Positions 36,729-45,309 of a stretch of 64,000 nucleotides of DNA are shown here, one piece after another. Source of the stretch: a virus (lineage: Duplodnaviria; Heunggongvirae; Uroviricota; Caudoviricetes); IMG/VR virus record IMGVR_UViG_3300032156_000002, positions 9,023 to 73,022 of that record. The stretch is one strand, 5' to 3'. Below the pieces are notes generated by a model that did no database searches, had not been told where the DNA came from, and saw nothing but the letters and a program-made list of their open reading frames with translations. The number at the start of each line of letters is the position of its first letter. Position 1 is the first letter of the stretch. The translations under genes and the position numbers were made by a program.

Positions 36729-37151
36729 ATGGACCGACGCGATGACCTGAGTGTAAGCGATGACTTCGCCGCGGCTGTCCTTGCGACGGTCCTTCCCCAC
36801 GTAGGCTTTGACAATACCATAGGGCGCGCAGACCTGCTCACGCGATTGATGGCGCGCGGCTACACGACCGTAGACCTCGACCGCAAAATGCGCATTGCTA
36901 TCCATGACCTCCGCAACCAAGGGCACGACATCATTACCAATCCGGCGGGCGACGGCTACTGCATGGCGGGCAGTGCGGCCGAGGCGATTGCGTGGGCCGA
37001 GCACAAGATGCTCCCCAGCGCGCGTGATATGTTCCGCACGGTCAACGCCGTGATGCGGACCGTCCAACGCAAGTACCCGCTCAAGCAACTGGCGATGGAC
37101 AACATTCTGGCGGAAACTGGCCGACCGGGCCTGCCTACAATAGTTTCATAA
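36729..37151 (+). CDS. Hypothetical protein, 140 aa.
   Basis: ORF track. Lies downstream of the conserved promoter. Confidence 0.5.
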   Translation: MDRRDDLSVSDDFAAAVLATVLPHVGFDNTIGRADLLTRLMARGYTTVDLDRKMRIAIHDLRNQGHDIITNPAGDGYCMAGSAAEAIAWAEHKMLPSARDMFRTVNAVMRTVQRKYPLKQLAMDNILAETGRPGLPTIVS

Positions 37152-37165
37152 AGGAACCATAATAG

Positions 37166-37396
37166 ATGCTGTCAGGAAACAAGCCGAGCGCGGCTCCCGA
37201 GGTGAGGGGACAGGGCCTCAACCGAAAATACAATCTCTACCGGTACGGCTGGGGCAACAACGAGGTGTGCAAGGCGTGGATGGGTGCGGTCGTGCGGGTG
37301 CTTGCCGTTGGCCGGAAGCAGACGGCGCTCATTGAGCGAATCGGCGACGGCGCGCGCATGACTACGAGCCTGCGCGCGCTCAGGAGAATCAAGTGA
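37166..37396 (+). CDS. Hypothetical 76 aa protein.
   Basis: ORF track. Confidence 0.4.
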   Translation: MLSGNKPSAAPEVRGQGLNRKYNLYRYGWGNNEVCKAWMGAVVRVLAVGRKQTALIERIGDGARMTTSLRALRRIK

Positions 37397-37578
37397 GAGC
37401 CTTCTACCCCGGCGGCCCCAACAGACTGCCCGACCCCGAGTCGGGCGAGCATCTCGACTACGGGGTGATGCTCGGATGCGTGGATGTGCTGGCCCTGATT
37501 ATCATTGGCCTCGTGGCGACCGTCACGCTCTATGGCCTGTGGTACACGATTCGCGAAATTGGACAATTGATTCACTAG
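37393..37578 (+). CDS. Small membrane protein, 61 aa.
   Basis: VLALIIIGLVATVTLYGLWY. Confidence 0.4.
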   Translation: MRAFYPGGPNRLPDPESGEHLDYGVMLGCVDVLALIIIGLVATVTLYGLWYTIREIGQLIH

Positions 37579-37586
37579 GAGGCAAC

Positions 37587-37823
37587 ATGGCAGACGAGTT
37601 TAGTTGGGAAGGCAAGGAAGCGCAGTTCCCCAAGACCATCTATGCGGGCATTCCCGACTCGGACGAGGACGGTGCGTATGTCCCGGCATTCTCGAAGATG
37701 GTTGAGGTCGAGGACATAAAGCCGGGCACGGAATGCCTTGTAGGGGTCTACCAGTTGGCTGAAATCCGGCACATCACCGTGGACGTGAATATCCGCGCGG
37801 CGATGCAAGTCGAGCCGGAGTAG
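37587..37823 (+). CDS. Hypothetical acidic 78 aa protein.
   Basis: Internal Met of ORF 37476..37823. Confidence 0.4.
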   Translation: MADEFSWEGKEAQFPKTIYAGIPDSDEDGAYVPAFSKMVEVEDIKPGTECLVGVYQLAEIRHITVDVNIRAAMQVEPE

Positions 37824-37851
37824 CGCAAACATTTTCAATAGGAGATAGCAC

Positions 37852-38385
37852 ATGAAGCGAATAGCACTGATTGCCGCATTGCTCGTACTGATGGTTGGCT
37901 GTCTGCCTTCGCCAGTGCTCGTGGCCACGCCGAATGTCGTGGTCATCACGTCGCCGCCCATCGAGGTGACGCGGGAGGTACAAGTCACGCGCGTGGTCCC
38001 GGCGACCCCGCTCCCGGCGACCGTCGCGCCGACCGTCCTTCCGACCTACATGGCGACCGAGCCGGTCGTGCAATTCACCGACATCACATGGACGCGCGAC
38101 GCGAAGGTTCCTCGTATCTGCATCAATCAGGGCGTCGCCTTCAAAATGGTTCTCGAAGGCAAGCCGGGGCTGGATGTGGTTTATCACATCAACCACTATG
38201 ACGGCGCGGGCGTCAAGACCTATCGTAGCAAGGACTTCGCAGGCACCATCGAAGCCGACGGCAAGTTGGTCAAGTCCTTCCAAGAGTCGTTCACGTATCA
38301 GAGCAAGTGGCGCGTGCAACTGGTCATCACGTGGCCGCTTCCGCTGGTCACGCGGAACGCAAGCATCACTGTGGACTGCAACTAG
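37852..38385 (+). CDS. Lipoprotein.
   Basis: MKRIALIAALLVLMVGC gives a signal peptide with an L-M-V-G-C lipobox. Confidence 0.6.
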   Translation: MKRIALIAALLVLMVGCLPSPVLVATPNVVVITSPPIEVTREVQVTRVVPATPLPATVAPTVLPTYMATEPVVQFTDITWTRDAKVPRICINQGVAFKMVLEGKPGLDVVYHINHYDGAGVKTYRSKDFAGTIEADGKLVKSFQESFTYQSKWRVQLVITWPLPLVTRNASITVDCN

Positions 38386-38692
38386 GAAGCGCCTCACGGC
38401 GCAATGCAACTGACTTTGGCTCCGGGTCTCGTCAAACAGGCCCGGAGCACATGGGGCCGAGGGCGCGCTTCGGCGCAAGGGACTACTGTCCCTCACGGTA
38501 GGCACTCGACCCCAGTATGACCGGGCTGGGCGCAAACGGCGACGGCTCTCGTAGCATGTTACGAGGTAAAGACGCCGGACGGTCGCTCCGATAAGCGCCC
38601 GGCCCGAGGGGCTAGGTAGGAGTCGCCTAACGAGCGACTCCGGTGGTCGCCTTGCGACCTAAGCCGCGCGAGCGGGGGAGCCTAGCCCCTAC

Positions 38693-38776
38693 GGAGAGAT
38701 AGCCAAGCGGCGAAGGCACCCGTCTGATACGCGGGTGGGCGTAAGCCCCTCGGGCGTTCGAATCGTCCTCTCTCCA
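38693..38776 (+). tRNA. Class-II tRNA-like gene with a long variable arm, a Ser-type acceptor and D arm, and a predicted anticodon GAU.
   Basis: Cloverleaf reads GGAGAGA-TA-GCC-AAGCGGCGAA-GGC-A-CCCGT-CTGATAC-GCGGG-[TGGGCGTAAGCCCCTC]-GGGCG-TTCGAAT-CGTCC-TCTCTCC-A. T-loop TTCGAAT, G18G19, U33, 7/7 acceptor pairs, 84 nt. Confidence 0.5.
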
Positions 38777-38918
38777 CTAGCGGGGCGGCAAATCCAAAGG
38801 CTGGCGTGGGTGATGATTGTCGGGGTGAGGGGAACACTCAATCCCGGCACAAGCGGCGGTGGCCGCCGTCTCGGGGTGAGGCCACAAGAACGCCAACCTT
38901 GCCGCCCCGCTTTCTGAT

Positions 38919-38947
38919 TTGACAAACTATTCCGCACGTGGTATGAT
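38919..38947 (+). promoter_or_regulatory. Conserved promoter, family copy, firing rightward.
   Basis: tTTGACAaactattccgcacgTGGTATGATagg. Confidence 0.5.
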
Positions 38948-38983
38948 AGGGATGCTCACAGACTAGCGAGCGGAGGTGATGCG

Positions 38984-39547
38984 ATGAACGAGGTCCTTGA
39001 GAACACAATCACCCCGTGCGATTCGGCAAGCCGAGTTATTGCCAATTTCTATGTGCAACTCGGGCGCGATGACTGGGAGAATGCGCGCCGCATTGGCATC
39101 GAGCGCAGGGACCGCGACCGGGAGGAGGGTATCGTGGAACTCGCCACTCACCCGGAGATTTGTCTCGACCCCGACGAAACAGCCACCAACTACGGCGCGG
39201 AGATGGCGGCGGCGATGTGGCTCAAGGTGCCATTCGACGAGAACACCGACCCGCGCAAAGCCCTGAAGTTCGACCTGCTGTTTCGTGGCCTGAAGATTGA
39301 CGTGAAGCGTCCGCACGTTCGGGCCAAGGCGCTGTCCATTCCGCCACACACGCGCGACGGCTGGTGCGACATCTACTTGGTTGTCCAGTGCGTCGGCCGC
39401 CGCTACAAGGTAACGGGGTGGATGCGGGCGGCGGAGGCGCGGACAGAGAAATACTGGAACGATGGTTGCGCGAAGCCGTGCTGGCAGGTTCCGTTCGGGG
39501 ACCTGCGCGACCCGATTGACCTGCTCCTCGCGGAGGGACTGCCATGA
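38984..39547 (+). CDS. Hypothetical protein, 187 aa, with a possible PD-(D/E)XK-like motif.
   Basis: FDLLFRGLKIDVKRP fits D...(D/E)xK. Weak. Confidence 0.45.
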   Translation: MNEVLENTITPCDSASRVIANFYVQLGRDDWENARRIGIERRDRDREEGIVELATHPEICLDPDETATNYGAEMAAAMWLKVPFDENTDPRKALKFDLLFRGLKIDVKRPHVRAKALSIPPHTRDGWCDIYLVVQCVGRRYKVTGWMRAAEARTEKYWNDGCAKPCWQVPFGDLRDPIDLLLAEGLP

Positions 39548-39834
39548 AGCAACCCGACGGCGGCATGCGCATCACAGCGGTTTCCGTGCTCGCGCTTATG
39601 GCCATCGGCCTAACCTCCGTGCTCGCCGCGCTCAACTTTGCGGGGATTATCAATGTGTCGTGGTGGGTCGTTACCGCGCCGGTGTGGATTATCCCCGTCA
39701 TCACCGTCGCGCTCGTCCTCGTTTCCCTCACACTCCTCGGCCCCGACATTATCAAAACCTACCGTTCCGAGAGCGCCTACAGGCGGTCAATTCGTCAGAA
39801 GATTGCCGAATTCCTGCGTCGTCCCAAGCCTTGA
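39544..39834 (+). CDS. Membrane protein, 96 aa, 2 TM.
   Basis: Hydrophobic helices. Confidence 0.45.
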   Translation: MKQPDGGMRITAVSVLALMAIGLTSVLAALNFAGIINVSWWVVTAPVWIIPVITVALVLVSLTLLGPDIIKTYRSESAYRRSIRQKIAEFLRRPKP

Positions 39835-39858
39835 CAACTATTCCGCCTGTGGTATAAT
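39831..39858 (+). promoter_or_regulatory. Conserved promoter, family copy, firing rightward.
   Basis: cTTGACAactattccgcctgTGGTATAATaagg. Confidence 0.5.
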
Positions 39859-39893
39859 AAGGTCAGTCTAAAGCCTACCGACGGGAGGGCGGA

Positions 39894-40295
39894 ATGACTA
39901 CCAAAAAGGAACGTCAAGAAGCGATGTTCAAGGATTTGTTTGAGAAGGCGCACGAGGCCGGGACGGCCGCGGCGTTTCTCACTCAGCCGGTGCCGATGGT
40001 TGTCGAGGAGCACCGGAGTATGCTCGATGACGCCTCGCCGGTTGTCAAGCAATGGTATGTTCCGGGCGGCGTGTGCGGCTTTGCGTGGGTGAGTATCAAG
40101 CCCGCCAATGGTCCGGCGGCTCACTACGCGGTCAAGAACTGCGGCGCTCGCCCCGACTCGTACTACGGCGGCGTGAGCATTTGGGTCAGCGACTTCGGCC
40201 AGTCCATGCAAATCAAAGAGGCTTACGCGCAGGCTTACGCGCGCGTGCTGGCTGATGGCGGAGTCAAAGCCTACCCCATGTCGAGGATAGACTGA
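39894..40295 (+). CDS. Hypothetical protein, 133 aa.
   Basis: ORF track. RBS gggagggcgg. Confidence 0.5.
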   Translation: MTTKKERQEAMFKDLFEKAHEAGTAAAFLTQPVPMVVEEHRSMLDDASPVVKQWYVPGGVCGFAWVSIKPANGPAAHYAVKNCGARPDSYYGGVSIWVSDFGQSMQIKEAYAQAYARVLADGGVKAYPMSRID

Positions 40296-40325
40296 CGGCC
40301 CGCGCTTCGTGATAAGGGGCAAACC

Positions 40326-40535
40326 ATGACTGTACCGATGATTGTCGCCCTGTGCGTTCTTGCGGGCATTGCCTGCCTGATGCTGGCGAACGCCAACTTT
40401 CCGCATCGGTGCGAGGGCATGGTCACGCGCACCACGGCGACCGGTCTGAGCCAGAAGCAGTGCGCGCGCATTGCCGTGAACGGGCGCATCTACTGCGAGG
40501 CACACCTGCGCGCCATGAACGACGGAGCAAAGTGA
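40326..40535 (+). CDS. Small membrane or Cys-containing protein, 69 aa.
   Basis: ORF track. Confidence 0.4.
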   Translation: MTVPMIVALCVLAGIACLMLANANFPHRCEGMVTRTTATGLSQKQCARIAVNGRIYCEAHLRAMNDGAK

Positions 40536-40816
40536 TGAGTTTCGCTAAGGGCAGTCAGGATTGGGGAGGGCGGCGAAAGGAAAACCCGGAGGGCGCGCCG
40601 CGCGTGACGAGACAGGACGTACTCGACCGCGCGCGCGAGTTGGGCCTTCAGGTCAAGCGCGACGGCCTATACGGTATGTCCGGCAGATGGTTGTACCTCG
40701 ATGGCAAGGCGTGGCGGGGTCTCGGCAACACAAACTTTCGCGCCGTCGAGAGGATGCGCGCTATGATTGGTGGCCCGGATTGGATTCTGCCGGATGGAGG
40801 GGCCGATGCTAACTAG
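40535..40816 (+). CDS. Hypothetical 93 aa protein.
   Basis: Internal Met of ORF 40352..40816. Confidence 0.4.
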   Translation: MSFAKGSQDWGGRRKENPEGAPRVTRQDVLDRARELGLQVKRDGLYGMSGRWLYLDGKAWRGLGNTNFRAVERMRAMIGGPDWILPDGGADAN

Positions 40817-41144
40817 ACGCGAGAGCGAGGAACTCGACCGGCACATCACCGGCAACTATGGCGAGGACCAGTTCCGCGACTGGAACCGATTTGACGGCCT
40901 CGACCCGGACGGTCCGATTCCCGAAGAGGACTACATCCCACGCCACAAACAGAAGGGCCGCGGCAAGCGCGTGAGCAAGTGTTATCACAAAGGTAGCGGT
41001 GCGCGCAAGGGCGGGGAGCCTAAGCGGTCCAACCCGTTCCCCGAGGATACCTACGAGTTCTACGAGTGGCGCGCCGGATGGCTGGGTATGGACAAGTGGG
41101 CGCGCGAGAATCCCCAAGAGCAATGGCCGGAGCCACGACAATGA
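40806..41144 (+). CDS. Hypothetical 112 aa protein.
   Basis: Internal Met of ORF 40767..41144. Confidence 0.4.
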   Translation: MLTRRESEELDRHITGNYGEDQFRDWNRFDGLDPDGPIPEEDYIPRHKQKGRGKRVSKCYHKGSGARKGGEPKRSNPFPEDTYEFYEWRAGWLGMDKWARENPQEQWPEPRQ

Positions 41145-41362
41145 TGCAGGTCGGGTGGTGGGGCGTTCCCGGCTCACACCGGGATGGCACGCAGGTCCAC
41201 ATCTCCGCGAGCGCGCACAAGGCGCTCTGCGGCGACACGTTCGTGCCGCACTCCGAGTTCCAGTGGTGCGCACACGACGTGGCCTTCGGTCTGTACCTTG
41301 TCGAGTGCGAGCGGTGCGTCAAGAAATACGTGTACGTCTCTCAGTTGGAGGTGAAGCAATGA
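41141..41362 (+). CDS. Hypothetical 73 aa protein.
   Basis: Internal Met of ORF 41066..41362. Confidence 0.4.
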   Translation: MMQVGWWGVPGSHRDGTQVHISASAHKALCGDTFVPHSEFQWCAHDVAFGLYLVECERCVKKYVYVSQLEVKQ

Positions 41363-41601
41363 GCGAACACACACGAGACTATCGCTCGGTTACTCTTGGC
41401 ATGACGGAGGGCGATGGCATGGGGGTCCAGCGCATCAGGGCCGTCGCGGCGATAAACCTCATTGACGGCATGCCGTTCGATTGGGGAGTCTATATCGGCA
41501 CCGGGAGCGACGAGCACATTGCGGCCTACGGCATGAAGCAACCGCCGAATGTCGGGGCGGCCCTGTTCCTCGACCTGCCCGCGGCCCTCTACCGAAAGTA
41601 A
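41359..41601 (+). CDS. Hypothetical 80 aa protein.
   Basis: In frame with ORF 40999..41601. ATGA overlap with the upstream stop. Confidence 0.4.
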   Translation: MSEHTRDYRSVTLGMTEGDGMGVQRIRAVAAINLIDGMPFDWGVYIGTGSDEHIAAYGMKQPPNVGAALFLDLPAALYRK

Positions 41602-41624
41602 GAGGGGAGAACAAAACGAATCCC

Positions 41625-41900
41625 ATGCGCCGTTGGATTCCGAACTCGGAGTTTGAGGATTACAAGTGGCATCGTCGCGCCGAACGCATCGCGGCCCGCA
41701 ACCAGCCGCCTGCGCCAAAGGCCGCGCCGCCGCCGCCGGACCCGCCACCGACACTGCGCCAATGGTGGTGCCTCAGGTGCAACAACGCGGTGTTCGGGGG
41801 CAAGGCGATGCGCCAAGTAGTGCGCACCAAGGACGGCCGCGATGTGCATTGCTACTGCGGTGGAGACTGCGAGTTGAGGATTGTGGAGGGGCGAGGATGA
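41625..41900 (+). CDS. Hypothetical 91 aa protein with Cys pairs.
   Basis: RBS agaggggaga. CLRCNN...CYCGGDC. Confidence 0.4.
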   Translation: MRRWIPNSEFEDYKWHRRAERIAARNQPPAPKAAPPPPDPPPTLRQWWCLRCNNAVFGGKAMRQVVRTKDGRDVHCYCGGDCELRIVEGRG

Positions 41901-42283
41901 CCAACCAACCGAAGCCGCCGGGCGAAACACCGCTTGAATTGAAAAGATACATCGCATTGAGGGCGCACACCGTCGCGCGTTGGGGGCGGAGTATGCCACA
42001 TGGCGCAAAGCGGCGGGAGGATGAGATGAGCGAGAAGCCGGATGCCCCCATGAGCGACAAGGAGCGCGCCGACCGCCTTGAGGGGATGTTAGATAGATGC
42101 CTAGATACTATCGTTGACCTCAAGGCGGAGAACGCGGCGCTGAGGGATGAGCGCATTGTGCTTGAGAAGGCCTTGCGATTTGCCACATGTAGATGTGAGG
42201 GTGCGCCATACTCCGATACATCCATGCACGATGACGAATGCCCATACACCGCAATTCTACGCAAAGCCGCAGGAGGGACATGA
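41897..42283 (+). CDS. Coiled-coil small protein of the MSEKPDAPMS paralog family, ending in AAGGT. The true start may be the internal MSEK at about 42026.
   Basis: Shares MSEKPDAPMS[DE]xERADRLE.M.D...VDLKAENAAL with the gene at 42716. Confidence 0.45.
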   Translation: MTNQPKPPGETPLELKRYIALRAHTVARWGRSMPHGAKRREDEMSEKPDAPMSDKERADRLEGMLDRCLDTIVDLKAENAALRDERIVLEKALRFATCRCEGAPYSDTSMHDDECPYTAILRKAAGGT

Positions 42284-42714
42284 TGGACGCGAAGGAAACA
42301 CTGGAACTTTGGCGCGATGCCAGAGAGCACTTTGAGACTGGCGACCTCCAGCACAAAGAAGGCGAGTGCATTGCCGCATTGCGAACTCTGTGGGATGCGC
42401 TTTCGGAAACCCTCGCGGCCAAGTTCGCCCTCGAAGCGCAGGTGGCGGAGACGGAGAAAGAATTGGCCGAGGGTGACTATTGGATGATGCGGGCCAAGGA
42501 CTTCGCCGCAAACGGAGGGTGTCCATCCTGCTTTGCCTCCGACGAGGCTGGGCACAAGGACGGATGCGAAGTCGCCGCCCTCGAAGCGCAGGTGGCGGCC
42601 ATGCGGAAGGCGGGGGGCAAGTTGGCCGACAGACTCATCGGCCTTCACAAACCGTTGGTAGGCAGGCCAATAGACCGCGAACTTGCGGATTGGCGCAAGG
42701 CGGCGGGAGGGTGA
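42280..42714 (+). CDS. MMDAK-family small protein, 144 aa.
   Basis: Starts MMDAKETLELW after the conserved junction. Contains two EAQVA coiled-coil repeats. Confidence 0.45.
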   Translation: MMDAKETLELWRDAREHFETGDLQHKEGECIAALRTLWDALSETLAAKFALEAQVAETEKELAEGDYWMMRAKDFAANGGCPSCFASDEAGHKDGCEVAALEAQVAAMRKAGGKLADRLIGLHKPLVGRPIDRELADWRKAAGG

Positions 42715-42715
42715 G

Positions 42716-43456
42716 ATGAGCGAGAAGCCGGATGCCCCCATGAGTGAAGAGGAACGGGCCGACCGCCTCGAAAGAATGGTAGACACACTGGCGGGCACCG
42801 TCGTTGACCTCAAGGCGGAGAACGCGGCGCTGGTGGCAGAGTGCGACATGGCCTTGGCCGTGACAGTAGAACGGGATGGCCTCAGCGGTAGGTTGACGAA
42901 TGCCCTCGCCCGCATTCAGGCATTGGAGCCTTTGATAACCGAGAACGCGGCGCTGAGGGAGGCGGCGGCAAATCTCGTGGCCGGTGCCATCTTCAATCAG
43001 ACCGGCGTAGTGATAACCAACGCGGCGCTGTATGCACTACGCGCCGCCCTGCGCCCCCGGACGCACGGCGCGATGGCGAGTGAATGTCAAGAGTGGCGCG
43101 AGATGCTTGAGAAAGCCGCGAGGAGGGACATGATGGACGCGAAGGATAAGCACAGTTGCGCCGAGCCACGTTACTTCATGGACACAGCCGTTGTTGAAAC
43201 GGATGACGGGCCTCCTCAACCAAGGCAGGCCGCATTCCTGATGTGTACCCAAGAGGGCTGTGCTTTTCATCTCGGCGATTATGGGGAAATTGTCGCATAC
43301 ATTCGTGGCCTCGAAACCGCCAAGTCCTCCCTCGAATCGCGGGTGGCGGAGTTGGAGACACTTCTGCGCGACGCCGACAATTGGGTGAATTGGCCTCGAG
43401 GAATTGCCAAGCGGGTGCGCGCCGCCCTCCGCTCCGCCGATAAGGGAGGGACATGA
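42716..43456 (+). CDS. MSEKPDAPMS-family coiled-coil protein, apparently fused in frame to an MMDAK-family module at about 43132.
   Basis: The junction at about 43115-43145 reads gcgaggagggacATGATGGAC. One extra nt relative to the other copies removes the stop. Confidence 0.4.
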   Translation: MSEKPDAPMSEEERADRLERMVDTLAGTVVDLKAENAALVAECDMALAVTVERDGLSGRLTNALARIQALEPLITENAALREAAANLVAGAIFNQTGVVITNAALYALRAALRPRTHGAMASECQEWREMLEKAARRDMMDAKDKHSCAEPRYFMDTAVVETDDGPPQPRQAAFLMCTQEGCAFHLGDYGEIVAYIRGLETAKSSLESRVAELETLLRDADNWVNWPRGIAKRVRAALRSADKGGT

Positions 43457-43785
43457 TGGACGCGAAGCCGCAAACTGCACTCGTGATGTGGCAGGACAGC
43501 GTTGACCTGAGCCGCAGGTGTGCCAACTACAACCCGAGTCGCCAAGCACTCATTGACGTTGCAGACTATGCCCTCGCCCTCGAATCGCAGGTAGCGGAGT
43601 TGGAGAGGATAACGGAGGTAGCACTCAAGATTGTCGCCCAAACTTTGAACGAGGCACGCTTTACGCATGTGCGCTGGCAAGCATGTGAGCGCATCAATGA
43701 GAAGTTGGGGAGAGCACACATCCCGCTTTGTCTGTTCGACCACGGCGGGATTGCCGACGCTGGGCATTGCATGGCGGGAGGGTGA
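43453..43785 (+). CDS. MMDAK-family small protein, 110 aa.
   Basis: MMDAKPQTALVMWQ after the conserved junction. Confidence 0.45.
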   Translation: MMDAKPQTALVMWQDSVDLSRRCANYNPSRQALIDVADYALALESQVAELERITEVALKIVAQTLNEARFTHVRWQACERINEKLGRAHIPLCLFDHGGIADAGHCMAGG

Positions 43786-43787
43786 CG

Positions 43788-44222
43788 ATGCCCCGACTGA
43801 ATGAAGGTCGGGCCGTTGCTTTGCACTGTGGCTATTGCGGCGACCCCGTGTGGGAAAACAACGGGCACCTGTGCAAGAAATGTAGGAAGTACGAGGAGGA
43901 ACTCAGGAGCGCCGAAAGGATACGCGAGCGGAACCTGAAGTTCTCGGAGCGCGCCCTTCACTTTCTCCTTGTGAGGGACGCAATGGCTGACTGCCCTCTG
44001 TCGCCGGGTTTGCCGATGAGCGTTGTTGAATTGCATACGATGCTCAAGGATGGGGTCCTTTCGCCGGGGTCGTTGATATGCGAGGGGGACAGTCCCAAAA
44101 AGGTCTTTAGGGTCCGTGCGAATCCGCTTCCGCACAAGGTACTGCCACACGAGGTATCGGACCGCATGAGACGCAAGGCGGAGGTGTTTCGCTGGCTTGC
44201 CCCCGTGAAGGCGACTCGTTAG
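43788..44222 (+). CDS. Zn-ribbon protein, 144 aa.
   Basis: CGYCGDPVWENNGHLCKKCRKYEEE. Confidence 0.45.
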   Translation: MPRLNEGRAVALHCGYCGDPVWENNGHLCKKCRKYEEELRSAERIRERNLKFSERALHFLLVRDAMADCPLSPGLPMSVVELHTMLKDGVLSPGSLICEGDSPKKVFRVRANPLPHKVLPHEVSDRMRRKAEVFRWLAPVKATR

Positions 44223-44420
44223 GACTTCACTTTTCAAGCCTACTTGCGTCTATCCCAAAGTTGGGGTATTCTGTAAGGGTGGCCCGTAGCGTTGGCGGCC
44301 CAGCGCGCCGACTGGGCAGGGGTGGTGTATGGCGTGGCTGATTGTCGGGGTCCTGTTTATCATTGCCGGAGCGGTTGGCTGGCTGAATGAGCGGCGTCGG
44401 CGCAACCTGAAAGGCCATGG

Positions 44421-44792
44421 ATGACCATTGACCGTCAGTACGCGGAATCCGACAACGAGCGCGGGCGGACCTACCAAGTCCATACGGCACTCGTCTGCCC
44501 GGACTGCGGCGATGTCACGGACCTGAACGCTCCGTGCCAAGGCACCGGCTATCACTACATCACCGCCAAAGGCGAAGTGGTGGCGATGTTCGAGCGGCCC
44601 TTTTATCACCCAGCGTGCGAGCACAGACCCATCGTGATATTCGGCGTACTGACCACGAGCATCGGGTCTGGCAGTTGGTTCGACCTGTTCAGGCGCGTAG
44701 TAGAAATCATGGCGGGCGGGAGAGACGGGCAGGATGCCAAGAATGGCGAGGGAGCCACGGGGCGCTCTGACGCTGACGGTCCCGCGTCCTAG
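44421..44792 (+). CDS. Hypothetical protein, 123 aa.
   Basis: ORF track. CPDCG...C. Confidence 0.45.
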   Translation: MTIDRQYAESDNERGRTYQVHTALVCPDCGDVTDLNAPCQGTGYHYITAKGEVVAMFERPFYHPACEHRPIVIFGVLTTSIGSGSWFDLFRRVVEIMAGGRDGQDAKNGEGATGRSDADGPAS

Positions 44793-45309
44793 TCTTGAGG
44801 GCGGGGAGCCTGTTGTCTTTGCCTACGCGGGGATTGTCATTCCCCCGAGCGAGAGCACGCGATTCTTCGGCCAGTGGGTCTACCTGCGCATACGCGAGCC
44901 GGAGATGGAAGTGGTCACGCAGGTGAGTTCGTTCTACGACCTCGCCGTGCTCGGCTATCTGGTCGGGCGCGGGATTACCAATCTCATCGAGGTCAACTAC
45001 GGGCCGCTCCAACTCTACCGATGGATTGGGATGGATGCGTTCCTGCGGAACGCCGTGGTCGGCACCGTGCTCGACCGTACCGTACTCAGGACCCCCTACT
45101 CGTGCTGGACGCTACTGCAACTTGACTTTCAACTACCCAGCGGCAAGCCGCCCGTGCGTCACCTGTACTGGCACGAGGTGAAGCCGCTGTTGGAATACGT
45201 CCGGGCCGCAGGGATTATCATTCCGGGCGTGTCGAGCGCGGATGCTTTCGACCTGCCCACGCCCCGCTACGAACCGGCGCGCGACTACACAGATGGAGGC
45301 GCAGAATGA
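44734..45309 (+). CDS. Hypothetical protein, 191 aa.
   Basis: ORF track. Confidence 0.4.
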   Translation: MPRMAREPRGALTLTVPRPSLEGGEPVVFAYAGIVIPPSESTRFFGQWVYLRIREPEMEVVTQVSSFYDLAVLGYLVGRGITNLIEVNYGPLQLYRWIGMDAFLRNAVVGTVLDRTVLRTPYSCWTLLQLDFQLPSGKPPVRHLYWHEVKPLLEYVRAAGIIIPGVSSADAFDLPTPRYEPARDYTDGGAE

